Virus record (IMG/VR): IMGVR_UViG_3300025009_000068
Coordinates: 1-64,000 of that record
Strand: one strand, 5' to 3'
Length of the DNA stretch: 64,000 nt
Source of the DNA: a virus
Below the pieces are notes generated by a model. It had not been told where the DNA came from and did not search any database. It saw only the letters and a list, made by a program, of their open reading frames with translations. Each line of letters begins with the position of its first letter. Within the stretch, counting starts at the first letter, position 1. The translations under genes and the position numbers were made by a program. Positions 6,142 to 18,000 of this stretch are shown here, piece after piece.

Positions 6142-8794
6142 AATACTTCCAGTCCGACATCTCAAACCCGACAAGCAGGGCCGGCACCTCGACGCCGGTC
6201 CCTACTTGATCGATTGCAAAGGTAACGCTACCTCCCGTCGGAAGATATGCAACCCCTCGATCAACCTCAAGCTCGACCGGGATAAACGCCGTCCAATCCC
6301 CGGTCCCGCCTCCGCCAACCAACTTTGTCGTGGTGCTCACAGGGCTTCCGGTCCCGTCGGCGCCCAGGTTGTTTCGATAACCAATCTTCAGGCTGGCGTA
6401 ATCCGTGTTGTCTGCTACCAGTCCTCCCCACTCCGGAACTATCCACGCTTGCTTGATGAATTTGTAATCCGGAGTTGCCCTAGCAAGAGTGAATTCCCGT
6501 GTGGTCCCGATTATGGATACATTTACCTCTGCGGAGTTGCTCACGGCGCTCAGCGTCAAATCTGTTGCGTTTCTACCTAAAACAGTAAAGGGTCCGGTGG
6601 TTGCAAATCCAGCACTGACATACACAAGAGATCCAGGTGGAAAATTAGTAGTATAGGCAAGTCCGGTAACGACCTCGGTTGCCCCGTCGGTATCCCCGGT
6701 CACATCTTTCCCGCAGGCCGGGACGCGCGCCGTATAAGTCTGAGCCGTTAAATCATGGATTTGTCCCTGGCCAATATCGGTCTTGACGTAGACCGTGGCC
6801 GAAGCTGCGGGAGTCCCCGTTGGAACCTCGGCCGACACAGGGCCAAGAGTTATTTCCTGGAATTCATCCAGCAAGCTTTTCACATAAACCGAATTCGCAG
6901 GACCTCCCGGAGACTGGTATGTGATACCGCCGACATAGCTACTTTCCGCTCCATCGAACAGAATTCCATAGGATGGGACAAGGTAGCTGCTCGCTCCGAA
7001 TTGCCCCGAAGCAAGATGCACGGAAGCACCAACGTCATTCCCGGCCCCGTTCCAGCATTCACCAACCACAATCCCGGCATAATTCTCTTCCATTTCCACC
7101 ACATGAAACCTGTCGATGAAAATGGTTTTGATCTCGCCCTGATTGTAATTGGCGTCAGCCGAGCTCTCGCCGTCGGCAACGATATTCCCAACGGTCATCA
7201 AATGCTGATCGGTGTTCCAGGCGTCTCCGTTTTCATCATTACCAGCCAAGCTCACAGTGCCGTGAAGGAAGAAATCCTGGAAAGCCAGTTCGTGCATGTT
7301 GGGTCCGGTTTCCCCCGCTCCGCCCCGGTTCAGCACACGGATTCCTCTCCACCTCGAGTAGCCCAATTGGAAAACCCCGGTATGCTTCAGGTGGTTATGC
7401 GAGCCCGTTCCAACCGCATTCCTCCCAATCTCGTATGCGGCGTGGCTGGCCGCAAAGTTTTCGCTTGCCGTGCCCCCCGTGGCCTCGTAGCCACAGTTTT
7501 GCATCCTGATATTGTGGAACTGGCATTGCTGCATCACATTGCCCGTAACCACGTCATCATATGTGACGCCGAACGGGTCACAGGCCTTCATGCCGGAGCC
7601 CTTGATGTTCGCGTAAAATATATTGTCGAGCTGAACATCCGAATTCTGCCCGGTAAAGACCAAGCCATGACACTGATAGTCCCGACCCCCTCCTTCAAAG
7701 GTAACATTCTTCATCACGAACCCATTGTCATGGGCCGTGGTCCACCAATTGGACGGCGTGCCCCTGTCCGTACTATTCACGGTCATCATGGCCGTCCAGG
7801 CCGCAAGCCCGGCCTTTGGAGAAAACACCGTCCCATAGGTCATGTCCCCGATTATGGAAATCGGCTTTGCATCAACCAATATGCCGGTTGCAAGATAATA
7901 TGCCCCATTCTCGGCATCCAGCCGGCCATGCTGCACAAGGGCTTCTATTGCGCTGTTCCACGCAATCCCAGAATCAACGGTGTTGTCTCCAGCCGTCGCC
8001 CCCCACCATTCCGGGCGCACCCGATTGAGGCCGACAACCTCTCCGGATAATGCGTCGAATATCTGCCATCCACAATCAACGATCCCGGAAAGAGAGGACA
8101 AGGTTCCCGGGAAGGTGAGCGTATTCCCGTCGGGCTCTATCATCGCTCCCTTATGGATTTCGAGCTCCACTTCCTCGGAAATGGTCAGGTTCCCGGTAAG
8201 GACATAGTTTGTCGTCTTCGCCGGGAGGACGACCCTGGCCTGAATTCCCGCCGAATCAAGGTACTCGTTTATGTCGGCAAGGCTGTAATCGTCTAATGCC
8301 CCGGCAACCCCGACCGCTGATTGATCGACTGCAAAGACGTTCACGTAGTACACATGGTCGATGGGGTTTCTGAGCTTGTCCTCAATGATGCTCGACGTGA
8401 GCCTGCATCCTATCCCGGTCCCGACGGCCCATTCTCTCGCAACGGTCCCTTCCTTCCCGCGCTCGACGGTCAGGATGTCCCCTACCCGCTCGGTGATATA
8501 GACGATCTCTTTGTTGTCCGAGGCGTCATATAGCGTTGCCGGCGCATAGGTCCCCGCGGTGGCGGTCGGGTCGGGGAAGAGCGCGCCCGTTCCGGGGTTG
8601 ACGGTTATGGAGGTTGCGGCCGCCGTTATGGTGGTGGCTATGCGCGAGGTCGCGTTGTTGGTGGTGATCACCTTTTCGTAGGCTTGAGCGTGAGAGAGGA
8701 AGGGCAGAGAGATAAGGCCTTGAAAGAGAAGGGCAGAAACAAAAATAAGAATTTGAATCATGTTTCTCATATTATGTAGCGACTGAAATGACAT
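6128..8794 (-). CDS. Tail spike/fibre with beta-helix (pectate-lyase-like) region and N-terminal signal peptide
   Basis: AAGGGG RBS before ATG 8794; N-domain paralogous to 31571-32131; VRPEWWGA..GD..DS..AW..AI tailspike motif. Confidence 0.8.
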   Translation of the reverse strand: MSFQSLHNMRNMIQILIFVSALLFQGLISLPFLSHAQAYEKVITTNNATSRIATTITAAATSITVNPGTGALFPDPTATAGTYAPATLYDASDNKEIVYITERVGDILTVERGKEGTVAREWAVGTGIGCRLTSSIIEDKLRNPIDHVYYVNVFAVDQSAVGVAGALDDYSLADINEYLDSAGIQARVVLPAKTTNYVLTGNLTISEEVELEIHKGAMIEPDGNTLTFPGTLSSLSGIVDCGWQIFDALSGEVVGLNRVRPEWWGATAGDNTVDSGIAWNSAIEALVQHGRLDAENGAYYLATGILVDAKPISIIGDMTYGTVFSPKAGLAAWTAMMTVNSTDRGTPSNWWTTAHDNGFVMKNVTFEGGGRDYQCHGLVFTGQNSDVQLDNIFYANIKGSGMKACDPFGVTYDDVVTGNVMQQCQFHNIRMQNCGYEATGGTASENFAASHAAYEIGRNAVGTGSHNHLKHTGVFQLGYSRWRGIRVLNRGGAGETGPNMHELAFQDFFLHGTVSLAGNDENGDAWNTDQHLMTVGNIVADGESSADANYNQGEIKTIFIDRFHVVEMEENYAGIVVGECWNGAGNDVGASVHLASGQFGASSYLVPSYGILFDGAESSYVGGITYQSPGGPANSVYVKSLLDEFQEITLGPVSAEVPTGTPAASATVYVKTDIGQGQIHDLTAQTYTARVPACGKDVTGDTDGATEVVTGLAYTTNFPPGSLVYVSAGFATTGPFTVLGRNATDLTLSAVSNSAEVNVSIIGTTREFTLARATPDYKFIKQAWIVPEWGGLVADNTDYASLKIGYRNNLGADGTGSPVSTTTKLVGGGGTGDWTAFIPVELEVDRGVAYLPTGGSVTFAIDQVGTGVEVPALLVGFEMSDWKYFQDP

Positions 8795-8807
8795 TGATCT
8801 TCCCCTT

Positions 8808-8978
8808 TCAAAGTTGACAGGTTGGAGAAACGCCGACAAATCCCAAGAAGGAAAGAAACATGCCGACAACAGCAAAAATAAAGAGCCATGCCATAATTGC
8901 CTCTTCCCCATATTTGCGGCACAGTCCCCCGATGCACCCCATGGATAACAACAACATAATCCAGAGCCTCAAACTCAC
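8808..8978 (-). CDS. Small two-TM membrane protein (56 aa)
   Basis: GAGGAGAGG RBS + GTG; two hydrophobic stretches. Confidence 0.55.
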   Translation of the reverse strand: MSLRLWIMLLLSMGCIGGLCRKYGEEAIMAWLFIFAVVGMFLSFLGFVGVSPTCQL

Positions 8979-9000
8979 TATTCCTCTCCTCTTTTTATCG

Positions 9001-12000
9001 TCATTTGAACGCAGCCTTGGTGCTATCATAAACATCTCTGGCTAATTCATTTTTGCTTCTTGTAAGCTCATCAATACTTTTCCGTTTCATTTCTGGCGTG
9101 AGATCCCTACGAAGATGAATGTTTCTGATCTCCTGATCAATCATACTGAATTGTCTTTGCACCTTATTAAAAGTGTCTTTGTATGTCAATTTACGTCGTT
9201 CCCGCTCGATAAGCTCTCCAGCTTTTCCTGGCTCCATGGTTTTCTCATAGCGTCTGACCGTGGCATAAAGCTGGTCAACCTCGCGGATCATCTCGTACAT
9301 GGAAGTGACATACTTGGTGTGGCGGGCCGGGTCTTCCTGAACGAACCGGCGAATGACAGGAAGGTCATCCAGGCGGCTAGCTGGAGGGTCCGGATAATCA
9401 TACATCCATCGCACGGCGACATCGGACGCCATAAGTGCATATGTCCCGAGCGTCCCGAAGTAGCCGCGCATGAAGGCCTCCATCCTCTTAGGGGAAACGT
9501 TGGTGGCTTCCCCGATCACGGACACGGTTTCCCCGGTCCATGGGTCGCGGCGCGCTCCTGGTTGCAAGGCTTGCAGGGACTGTCCCTCAATTGGACGTCC
9601 AGTGAAAAAGCTCTTGTTGGCATACTGCTCAATCATTGGCCCAATGAGCTGCGGAGGCTGCCACGAGAAAGTTTGATTCAGCGTGAACAGCATGCGCCTG
9701 GCAAACTCTTTCGAAGTCCCTTCCCCAAGCCACCACTCGGCCAGCCTCTCCGGGATGGTGGAGAAGATGGCGCCCACCTCGAAGGGTTTGGGGAGACGGA
9801 AATGCTCATCAAGGACAAAGAAGTGATAGTAGTTGTCCCGATCCCATTCCTCAAGCTCCTTATACCTGTCATCATCCGCATTCATGGCATACAAGGCAAG
9901 GGTAGCCCCCATGAGGATCATCCCCTTCGTGGCAAACCCCCTGGGGTTCTCGCGGTATCCATGGTAAAGGCGCTGCGCTCCCTGGAGCCTGGCCCCGAAG
10001 AAGGGAACCGTCTCGCAGAGGAATTTGATGGTCATCCAGTCACCGCGCTTCGAGTAATCCATGATGCGCTTGGCTTCATAGGCCGCTTCGACGTGAGCAC
10101 CGCCACGGGCTCGGATATTGGCATAAATCTGTGTTCTGGTCGCATTCTCGAATCGGCTTCCAAACTTCTCCCAGAACGCCCACATTTTCTTTACGCTGTT
10201 AAGCACCGTTGACCCGTCAACCTTGTATTTCTTGTTGAGCTTCTCAACTTCTCGCTTGGCTGCCTCCAAATCATGCCCAAAAGCATACCCTCCGGAGAAG
10301 GCAGCTCCAGACGCCTGCATCGCCACATAATCCTCATCTTCACGAAAAGTCTTTATCGCCCCCTTCACGGAATCCACCCCGGCCTTGAAGTCGGGGGAAA
10401 CCACCCATGCACTCAAGGTATCTCGAGTAAGGTTGGCGATCATGAAGCCAGGGTCAGCGGTGACGCCCCGAGTAAGGAGTCGCTTGGCTGTCCGCATGGC
10501 CTTCATGGCTGGACCTCCCCATGGGCGCTCGTTCACCGCCGAGAGCGACCGCAATACAAGCGAATCCTGAATGTGGTAATAGACTGGCTTCCCATCGCGC
10601 AAAACGTGAATCACATCGGGACCCTGGGGCTTGGTCATCTGGAACATTCGGTACAGGCTCTGAAGAGACTTGAAATCGAGCAAGCTGGTATCGATACCCA
10701 TGGATTCCAGGAGCGGACCATACTCGGCCTCGACTATCTTCTTGATCTGATTCCCCGGAACAATGGCGGGCTTGAACTGATTCTTGGCTTTGACCGCAAC
10801 ACCCATTTTCTCGGCGGCCTGGATGGAAAGCTCGGTTGCGTGGTTTTTGACGCTGGCGTCCACGAGGTGAGAAAAGTTCATCATGATGTTGACGAATATG
10901 TCCCCAAGCCTCGATTCACCGCCTTTGAGCTTCTTGATGCCACTGTACTGACTTGCGACGGAGTTTTTATTTCGTGGCCCTTTGAGCCCTTGAGTTTCTT
11001 CCATGATCCGGTAGAATGGCACGTACTCGTCGTGGTCCCAGAGAAGACGCTCTTCGGCGTTGATTACTCCACTCGCCTCCGCGAAGTCGAGAACCCCCTT
11101 CTTGAAGGCAATGTAGTCGGCTTCCACCTTAAGGAACTTGGCCTTGTTTTCGGGAAGGGTGATGATGCGCTTGAGTGCCTTGATCTCAGCGTCGGTGAAG
11201 TAGTTCTCGCGGCCCTCGGCCATGAGCTTCTCGGCGCGCTTTCCGACCATCCATCCGAGGAACATGTCAAGTTGGTCGGCCACGGGCTCGAAGACTTGGG
11301 CGAGCCCCTTGTTCCTGGTTGGGGTCCATACGGCGCCTTCCTTCCATTGGGGCACGCCGTGGTTCATCATGGTCGCCAGCATATCCCCGAGAGATGTGGT
11401 CATGGTGGCTGCGACGTATGGGTCTTCCTGGATCCTGGATGCGTTGCTGGCCGTGTCGATCCCGGCTGATTTCGCAAGTGCCTTGAGGGATGCGAACCTA
11501 TCGAAAATGCCCTGCTCGGCCTTGAGCTTCCAGTTGTCGAGAGCGGCGTCGAGCTTCTCCTTCGTTGTTTTTTGGGCCGGGCCGATTTTGTTCAGGGCGG
11601 CATCGATTTCGGCGTCTCCGGTCGAGGCGCGTTGAGCTTTGGCGCGAGACCAGTTTGGGAATTTAGGAAGCTGGGGCAGGCGGATTGCGCCTTGCTCGCT
11701 TTGAAGGGGAGGGGTTAGGGCGGAGCGAAGTTGCTCGGGTTGCTTCTGCTGCCCTTGCTGCTCGGGCTGCTTCCCCGCCGCCTCCCCTTCCGGGCTCAGG
11801 GCCGAGACTATCTGGTCGGAGTTGAAGACGACGTATTCAACGACAGTCTTATCTCTTTTGCCAATTACCCCATCAAAGCCTTGGGATTTCAACGACGCAA
11901 TGTCTTTAGGGGAAAGATTAGCGGAAGCACCTGTATCAAAATCAACGATCTTGGGATTTTTAATAGCCAGATAAACCTGATGCACGCCTGGAACATCGGC

Positions 12001-15000
12001 TTGATCCGCAAACACGCTGGCCAATCTTGCGTTAGGAGTGAAGTAAAATCCACCGTTGCCGCCTCGCCTGTCCGGCTTATTTTTGAATTCTCCTATTGCT
12101 GCTTCGCCACCATGGAATACGGCAAGCGGTTCCCCATCCTCCCCAACAACCCGAGTCCCCGCAAGCTTCGCCTTCGCTGATTCAGGGAGATCCTTGGGAG
12201 CAACAGCCATCTGAGTCTCACCGTCCCCAAACCGCACAATGGCGTCCTCGGGCGCGATGTTTTCGGAAGAGTAGGGCGGCGTTGCCCGGCGTTGCTCCGG
12301 GGTCAGGTTGGATCGGGATGCTACGTCCCTGGCTTCTATTTCTCCGGCGAGACGATTGTAAATGGAGAATGCTGCCGTTTGTCCAACATCTCCACCAAAA
12401 ACGGATCTAACGCTAGTCCATGTCGGCTTCTCAGATTTAATTCTGTCGATTGCGGTTTCAAACTCTTTTGGATGTTGCTGTTTTATCTTTTCAATTAATG
12501 GAGCCCCGCCTCGAGCGAAGTCTTCAAGTTTTTGGATGGCGTGCTGGATCTCATGAAGGAGATCTTTTTTAAGATTCGTATTTAGATCTTTACCTAACTC
12601 AGCAAACACCTCTTTGCTCGGATATCGAATCTCAATCTTGTTCGATCTGGGACTATAAGACCCCGATATTTTGGAACCATCAGGATTCTCAAGAAACGTA
12701 AGTCCCAGCTTCCTTAATTCTGGATACTGTTTGAAAAGTTCAGGATGATCCAAAATATCATCAAGTGTCATTCCATATCGTTGGGAAACATCTACGGCCG
12801 CTCTCCATTTGTCTACTCCTAAGCCTTCAAATTTCCCCTTCCTATAAACATGAAACCCGTCATCAGATTCCTTGAACTTAAACTCCTTGGGCAGTATCTC
12901 ATCTGCTTTCTTTATCCTCGCCCCACTATCATCAATCTCAAATTTTTCCCTTTTGTCATACAAACTAGAGAACTTTCCCTCGGCCTTGTCCCACCATTGC
13001 GCCTTCGGCCCAGCAAAGGTCCCCCACTCATTCTTCACGGCATCAGGCAGCTTCGCGTAAGCCCGTTGCGCGGCGGCGAAGATCTTCAGCACGTACCGGC
13101 GCACGGCGTCGAAGGCGTCCCCGAGAACGCGAGACAGCTCTTCCTTGAAGGTGCGGGCCGTGTTGTGGCCGCGGGCGATTATACGGGCTCCCAGGTCGGT
13201 CAGGCGGGGCATGATGCGCGGCATCAACTCTTCTATGCTGGCCTTGGCCGCGCGGATTTCTCGGATCAACTCGTCTACCGGGAAGCCTGAGTATAGGTTG
13301 GTGGTGCCTTGTCCGCCTGGCGCTTGCCATGAATACAGAGGCAACAAGTCAAGCTCAGACTCGGCGAATACCTTGTCCATTTCTTCCTTATCTACGTTTT
13401 CAATGCTGAGCTCGGCAGTGAATACGGCATTTTCCATGGTCCTTTCACCAGATGCCAAAGCCAGCCCACTCTGCTTGTCCACCACGACCCATGGGTATGC
13501 TCCGTCAATCTTGTAAGCGAACGCTTCTCGCCCATCGGGAAGGCCCTTCACCTTCACAGCTTTTCCGCTCACGCGCTTTGCGGCCTGGCCTCCATCGGCA
13601 TCAACTACGGTCGTGAAGAACTCGGAGTATCCAGCCTTGTGGGTGATCTTCTCTTCGGGGTTAGTGATTTTGATTTTGGGAACGCCTTGAAGGGTGGGTG
13701 CTTGCCTATCTTCCTGCTCTCTCTCTTCTTTGGCGTTTCCGCCCTCCATCTCTTCTGCGCCAACACGCCCACTCCCCTGGAAGGGAGCCACGTCATCCAC
13801 AATGGGCCTGCTCTTTGTAACCTTGTCCAGAACCTGCCCGGCATCCGTTCCCGTAGGAATGAAATAGCGAGTCTTCCAATTGACGCGCTCCGTGAAAACC
13901 CCGGCCCGCGCAAGCTCCGCATCGAAGTTAAAGTTCGGCCCAACAATTTCGATCCTCATTTCCCCGGACACGCGAGACTCTTTTACCGTCCACCCGTTCG
14001 AAAGCTCAAGCCGGTGCCCTTGGCCAAGAAGTTGAATCGCCCTGTCCGTTGGGTATTCAGCCGTCGTTCTCGATGCTCCAAGGTTCCTCAGCGTATTGGA
14101 CAGGTCCTCCCGGTTGATGAGCCTCCCGAGAAATCGCTGCCCCTTGTCGGTCTGAATCCTGACAATCCTCGCCTTCCCGGTAAGCCGGTCCCAGATCGGA
14201 AGGATGGCGCCAGAGATCAAGTGTGTGCGCTGCGTGACCATCTTGGGAACCTTGTCATACTCATCGTTCCATAGCTTTTCAGCCTCTTCTTTTTCTACCC
14301 TCCTCCACTTCTTCTCGTCATCCAGATCAATAGTCTCGACGTTTTGATGCCTGCTCGACGGGGCCGTGAGAAGCGCTTCGTTCACCACATCACCGCTCGA
14401 CTTGGTTCTAAGCTTTTCCGAGCCTCGCCCCCAAACATTTTTGCTCCGAAGGTTCTGGTAATATCCCTTCCTGGCAACCTTGCCGCTCTCTTCCCATGAA
14501 ACAACGGGCGTCGGGTTGGACACGTCGAGCTCCACATACTTCGTTTCGGCCCCCGACTTCTCGTCGGTATGGACGGTCTGCTCGCTCACCAATTCGATCT
14601 TCGCGGCCTTCAAGTTCTCTAGCCCCTGGTCGAGCGTTCCATTCTCGATCTCGCGTCGAACAATGGCATCCATCTCTTTCGAGAAGGCATCAAACACGGC
14701 ATTCTGAGTATCGTATTTCAAGGAAAGGAGACGGTTCAGGAACTGCGTCATTGGTGGAGACGCCGCCGCCTGCATACCATTATCATTCCTGAGCTTCATT
14801 CCGGTTTGAAGCTCGAAGTCATCAACGCTCACCCCGGAAATCTCGCCATCATGCAGCAGGTTCTTCAAGAACTTCTGCAACGCCTCGGTTGCGTACTCAC
14901 TTTCCAGATTGTCCCGTGCGCTGAAGAATCCCTGACTTCCTGTTTGCCTCTGGCCTTTGGTGAGTGCCCCAAGCTGGTCAAGGCGCCGAGCGATGGAAGA

Positions 15001-18000
15001 AAGAAACCGCTTCTGTCCTTTAAGGTCCGTCGTAACCAGGAGATAATGAGGGGCCTGCTTCTGATTGGTCCGGTGCGTCCGACCGAATCCTTGCACTGCA
15101 ACATCCGCTCGCCACCCTGCTTGAACCAGGAAGTGGATACGCTTCTTCTGGTTTTTCGCCTTCAAGTCGGCGTGATAACTGAGCCCGGTCCCGCCGGCCG
15201 TTGAGAAGACAAGGATATTTTTCTCCCCTTCCTGGAACGCCTGTGCGTCGGTTTCGGTCTTGGCCTTGCTACGCTTTTCTCGTACCCTCTTCCCGGATTC
15301 ATCGGTAACGACCCGCTGCGTTCTCCCGGTCACTTCGGCAACGTCCTTCACGCCAAACTCATTCAGGATCATTTCAAGCGGCCCATCGGGAACACGGATG
15401 CTTCCAAGCTGATCGAGAAGCCTCTCCTTCATGGCTTCGGCCGTCCGGTTCACAACCGGGTTCCCGTTGGCATCCAACACGGGGCGGCTCTTCACATTCC
15501 CGTCCTCATCTGCGTATTGCTCATACTGGAAGATGGGGAAGCTCCGTTCGATGTACTGCATAAGCTGATCGCGCGGCGTGAGATCGAGGTCTTCCAGAGA
15601 TTCATCTTCTTCCAGGTTCGCCATAGCCCGGCCAAGACTTGCCTCGTTCGTATTCACGAGCTGGATCACGCAGGCGTTCCCGCTCTCAAGCTCTTTATTC
15701 ATCCTGGAAATGACGGAAGGCATCTGAATGGAAGTGATGATCTGGTTAAAAAACCTCTGATGAGATCCCCAAAAAGCGGACATTGCCGCGCTCTTGGCAC
15801 GACCGTCCATGGTTTTTCCGTCTTCATCCACGACTCCGGTTTCTTGAAGGGCTTCATTCAGGTTGTTCAGAACGGTTTGCCATCCTTCGGCCAGCTTGTC
15901 GTAAATGTCACGTTGGTCGGCGGTAAGGACGTGCTCGAGCTTGTCATAGGTCACATCGTGGAAGGAGAGAGAGCGGGCAAGATATTTCCCCATGGATTTC
16001 ATGTCGCGGGACACAAGCTCCATGGCCGCGATGCCGCCCGATTGAATTTGACCCACGAAGGCTTGCACGGAAGGAAAGGGAGTGCCAGTGCCCCAAAGCC
16101 CAAGGCGCTTGGCGTAGGCAAGGTTCATGACTTCCGTTGCGCCGGTTGCGGACACGTAGACCACTCGTGCGTTGGGAAGTTTGTCTTGAAGCTCGATTAC
16201 GGCGAGTGCTGTCTTGGACGGGTCTTTCCGTCCGCGCTGTCCCTGGACCTGCAAGGCGTTCCCGGCGCGATGCGATTCATCAAGTGCGATCACTCCATCG
16301 AAATCCGCACCTAACCATGCAACCACTTGATCAATGCGGCGCTTCCCGGACTTGCCCTGCTCACCCTTCGCGGCCATCTTGAGCGTGTCGTAGGTTCCGA
16401 AGAGAATCCCCTCGGAGGCGTTGATGGACGAAGTTGCCTTGACTTTGCCAAGCTCAAAGATTTTCTCTGCGTCGTCACCAATTCCTTCAGTGTCGCGGCG
16501 AGCATCCTTGAAGAGGGAAGAATTTGCGCTGAGCCACACACCTTTCTTGCGGCCCTTGTTCCAATTATCGAGGAAGACACCGGCTATCTCCCTTCCCTTG
16601 CCGACACCGGTTCCGTCGCCAATAAAGAACCCCTGCCGCTCCCCACCTTCAAGGATGGTATCGTGGGCCTGCCCGGCGCGCACAATCGTTTCCATCTGGG
16701 CATCGGAGAGATTGCCGGCAGCAAGAACTTCCTTAGGAATTGACGGGACATAATCGGCGGGAGGGGCCTCAACGGAAGCCATGGCAGCACTCTCGACAAG
16801 ATTGCCGGGGTGCGCTTTGGTACCCGCTACTTTCACGGAAGGCTTGTATGCGTCGTAAACGGAATCTGAGAGGGCTTCAGCTTGAGTTTCGGCTTTGGCC
16901 ATGGAGACTTCTAATCGCTGTTGCTGGCGTAGTCCGGCCTCGCGGTCGCTATCATCCTTTCCTCGACCTGGCCTATCAACTCGAGTGCCTGGCTCACCGG
17001 AGACTTGCTCGGATTGCGGAGAAGCTCCACCCGGTCTCCCGCCTCGCTTTCCCCCGTCAGCACCTTCATCACTTCTTCCGGGCTCCACCGGCTCATTGAC
17101 CTCACCGTCTCGCTTACCCGGCTGTCGAGGTCGAGGCTCTTGTTGTCCAGAGCCCACAACATCAACTGAAGACTGTGGAGTAACGATGGGTCTTGGCTCT
17201 GTTTGGCCTTCTTGAGCGCCTTGAGCGCGGCCCGGTTGAGCTTGTGAAGATTCAGCGCCTTGACTTGTCTTGGATCGTTGGCGTGCATTTCTCACTCCAA
17301 GTAAGAGGGGCAATGCTTCTGTCACATCTTCAACACTGCCTTTGATTATATTATCGAAACCCGGCCCCGTTTTGTCAATGACAATCACGCGATTATCAAA
17401 CGTGGTTCCATATTTCTGATATCCCTTTCCCGATAGGCCAATGTCGGCCAGGACGGTGTACTTCTTCCCGATCTTGGCGAACCAGTCCCGGAAGGAGGGA
17501 GCGTCCACCGACATGCCGCGCCCGACGATGGCAACGAGGCGCCCGCGGTCTTCAAGGCGATTCAATGCCTGCTCGATATGCCGAGCCGCATTCATGGTGT
17601 TACGCTGCCCCTTGATGCGTCCAGCCGTGGAAGAAAAGGGAGGGTTCATGACGACTACGGTAGGTTTTACGTCATCGAGCAGAACATTGTCCAGTTGCTC
17701 GGCATTCTCGGTAAACACCCGGTCGAAGCCCATCTCTTCAAGGATGGCGGCGCGGCGCGGCGAAAGCTCATTCACGAAGACTTTTGCACCTGCGTTCTTG
17801 GCGAACACGGCAAGCCCGCCAATGCCCGCCGATGGCTCGATGGCCGTGTCTTGTTCGTTTACGTTCGCAACCCAGGAAGCAAGATAGGCCAGGGGTGGAG
17901 GCGTCGAGAACTGCTGAAATTCATCCATTTCCTCTGTACGCTTGGATTGCGTCGGTAGCTTGGCAATGAGGTTTTGAAGTTCTTTGACTTTTTGCTCAGC

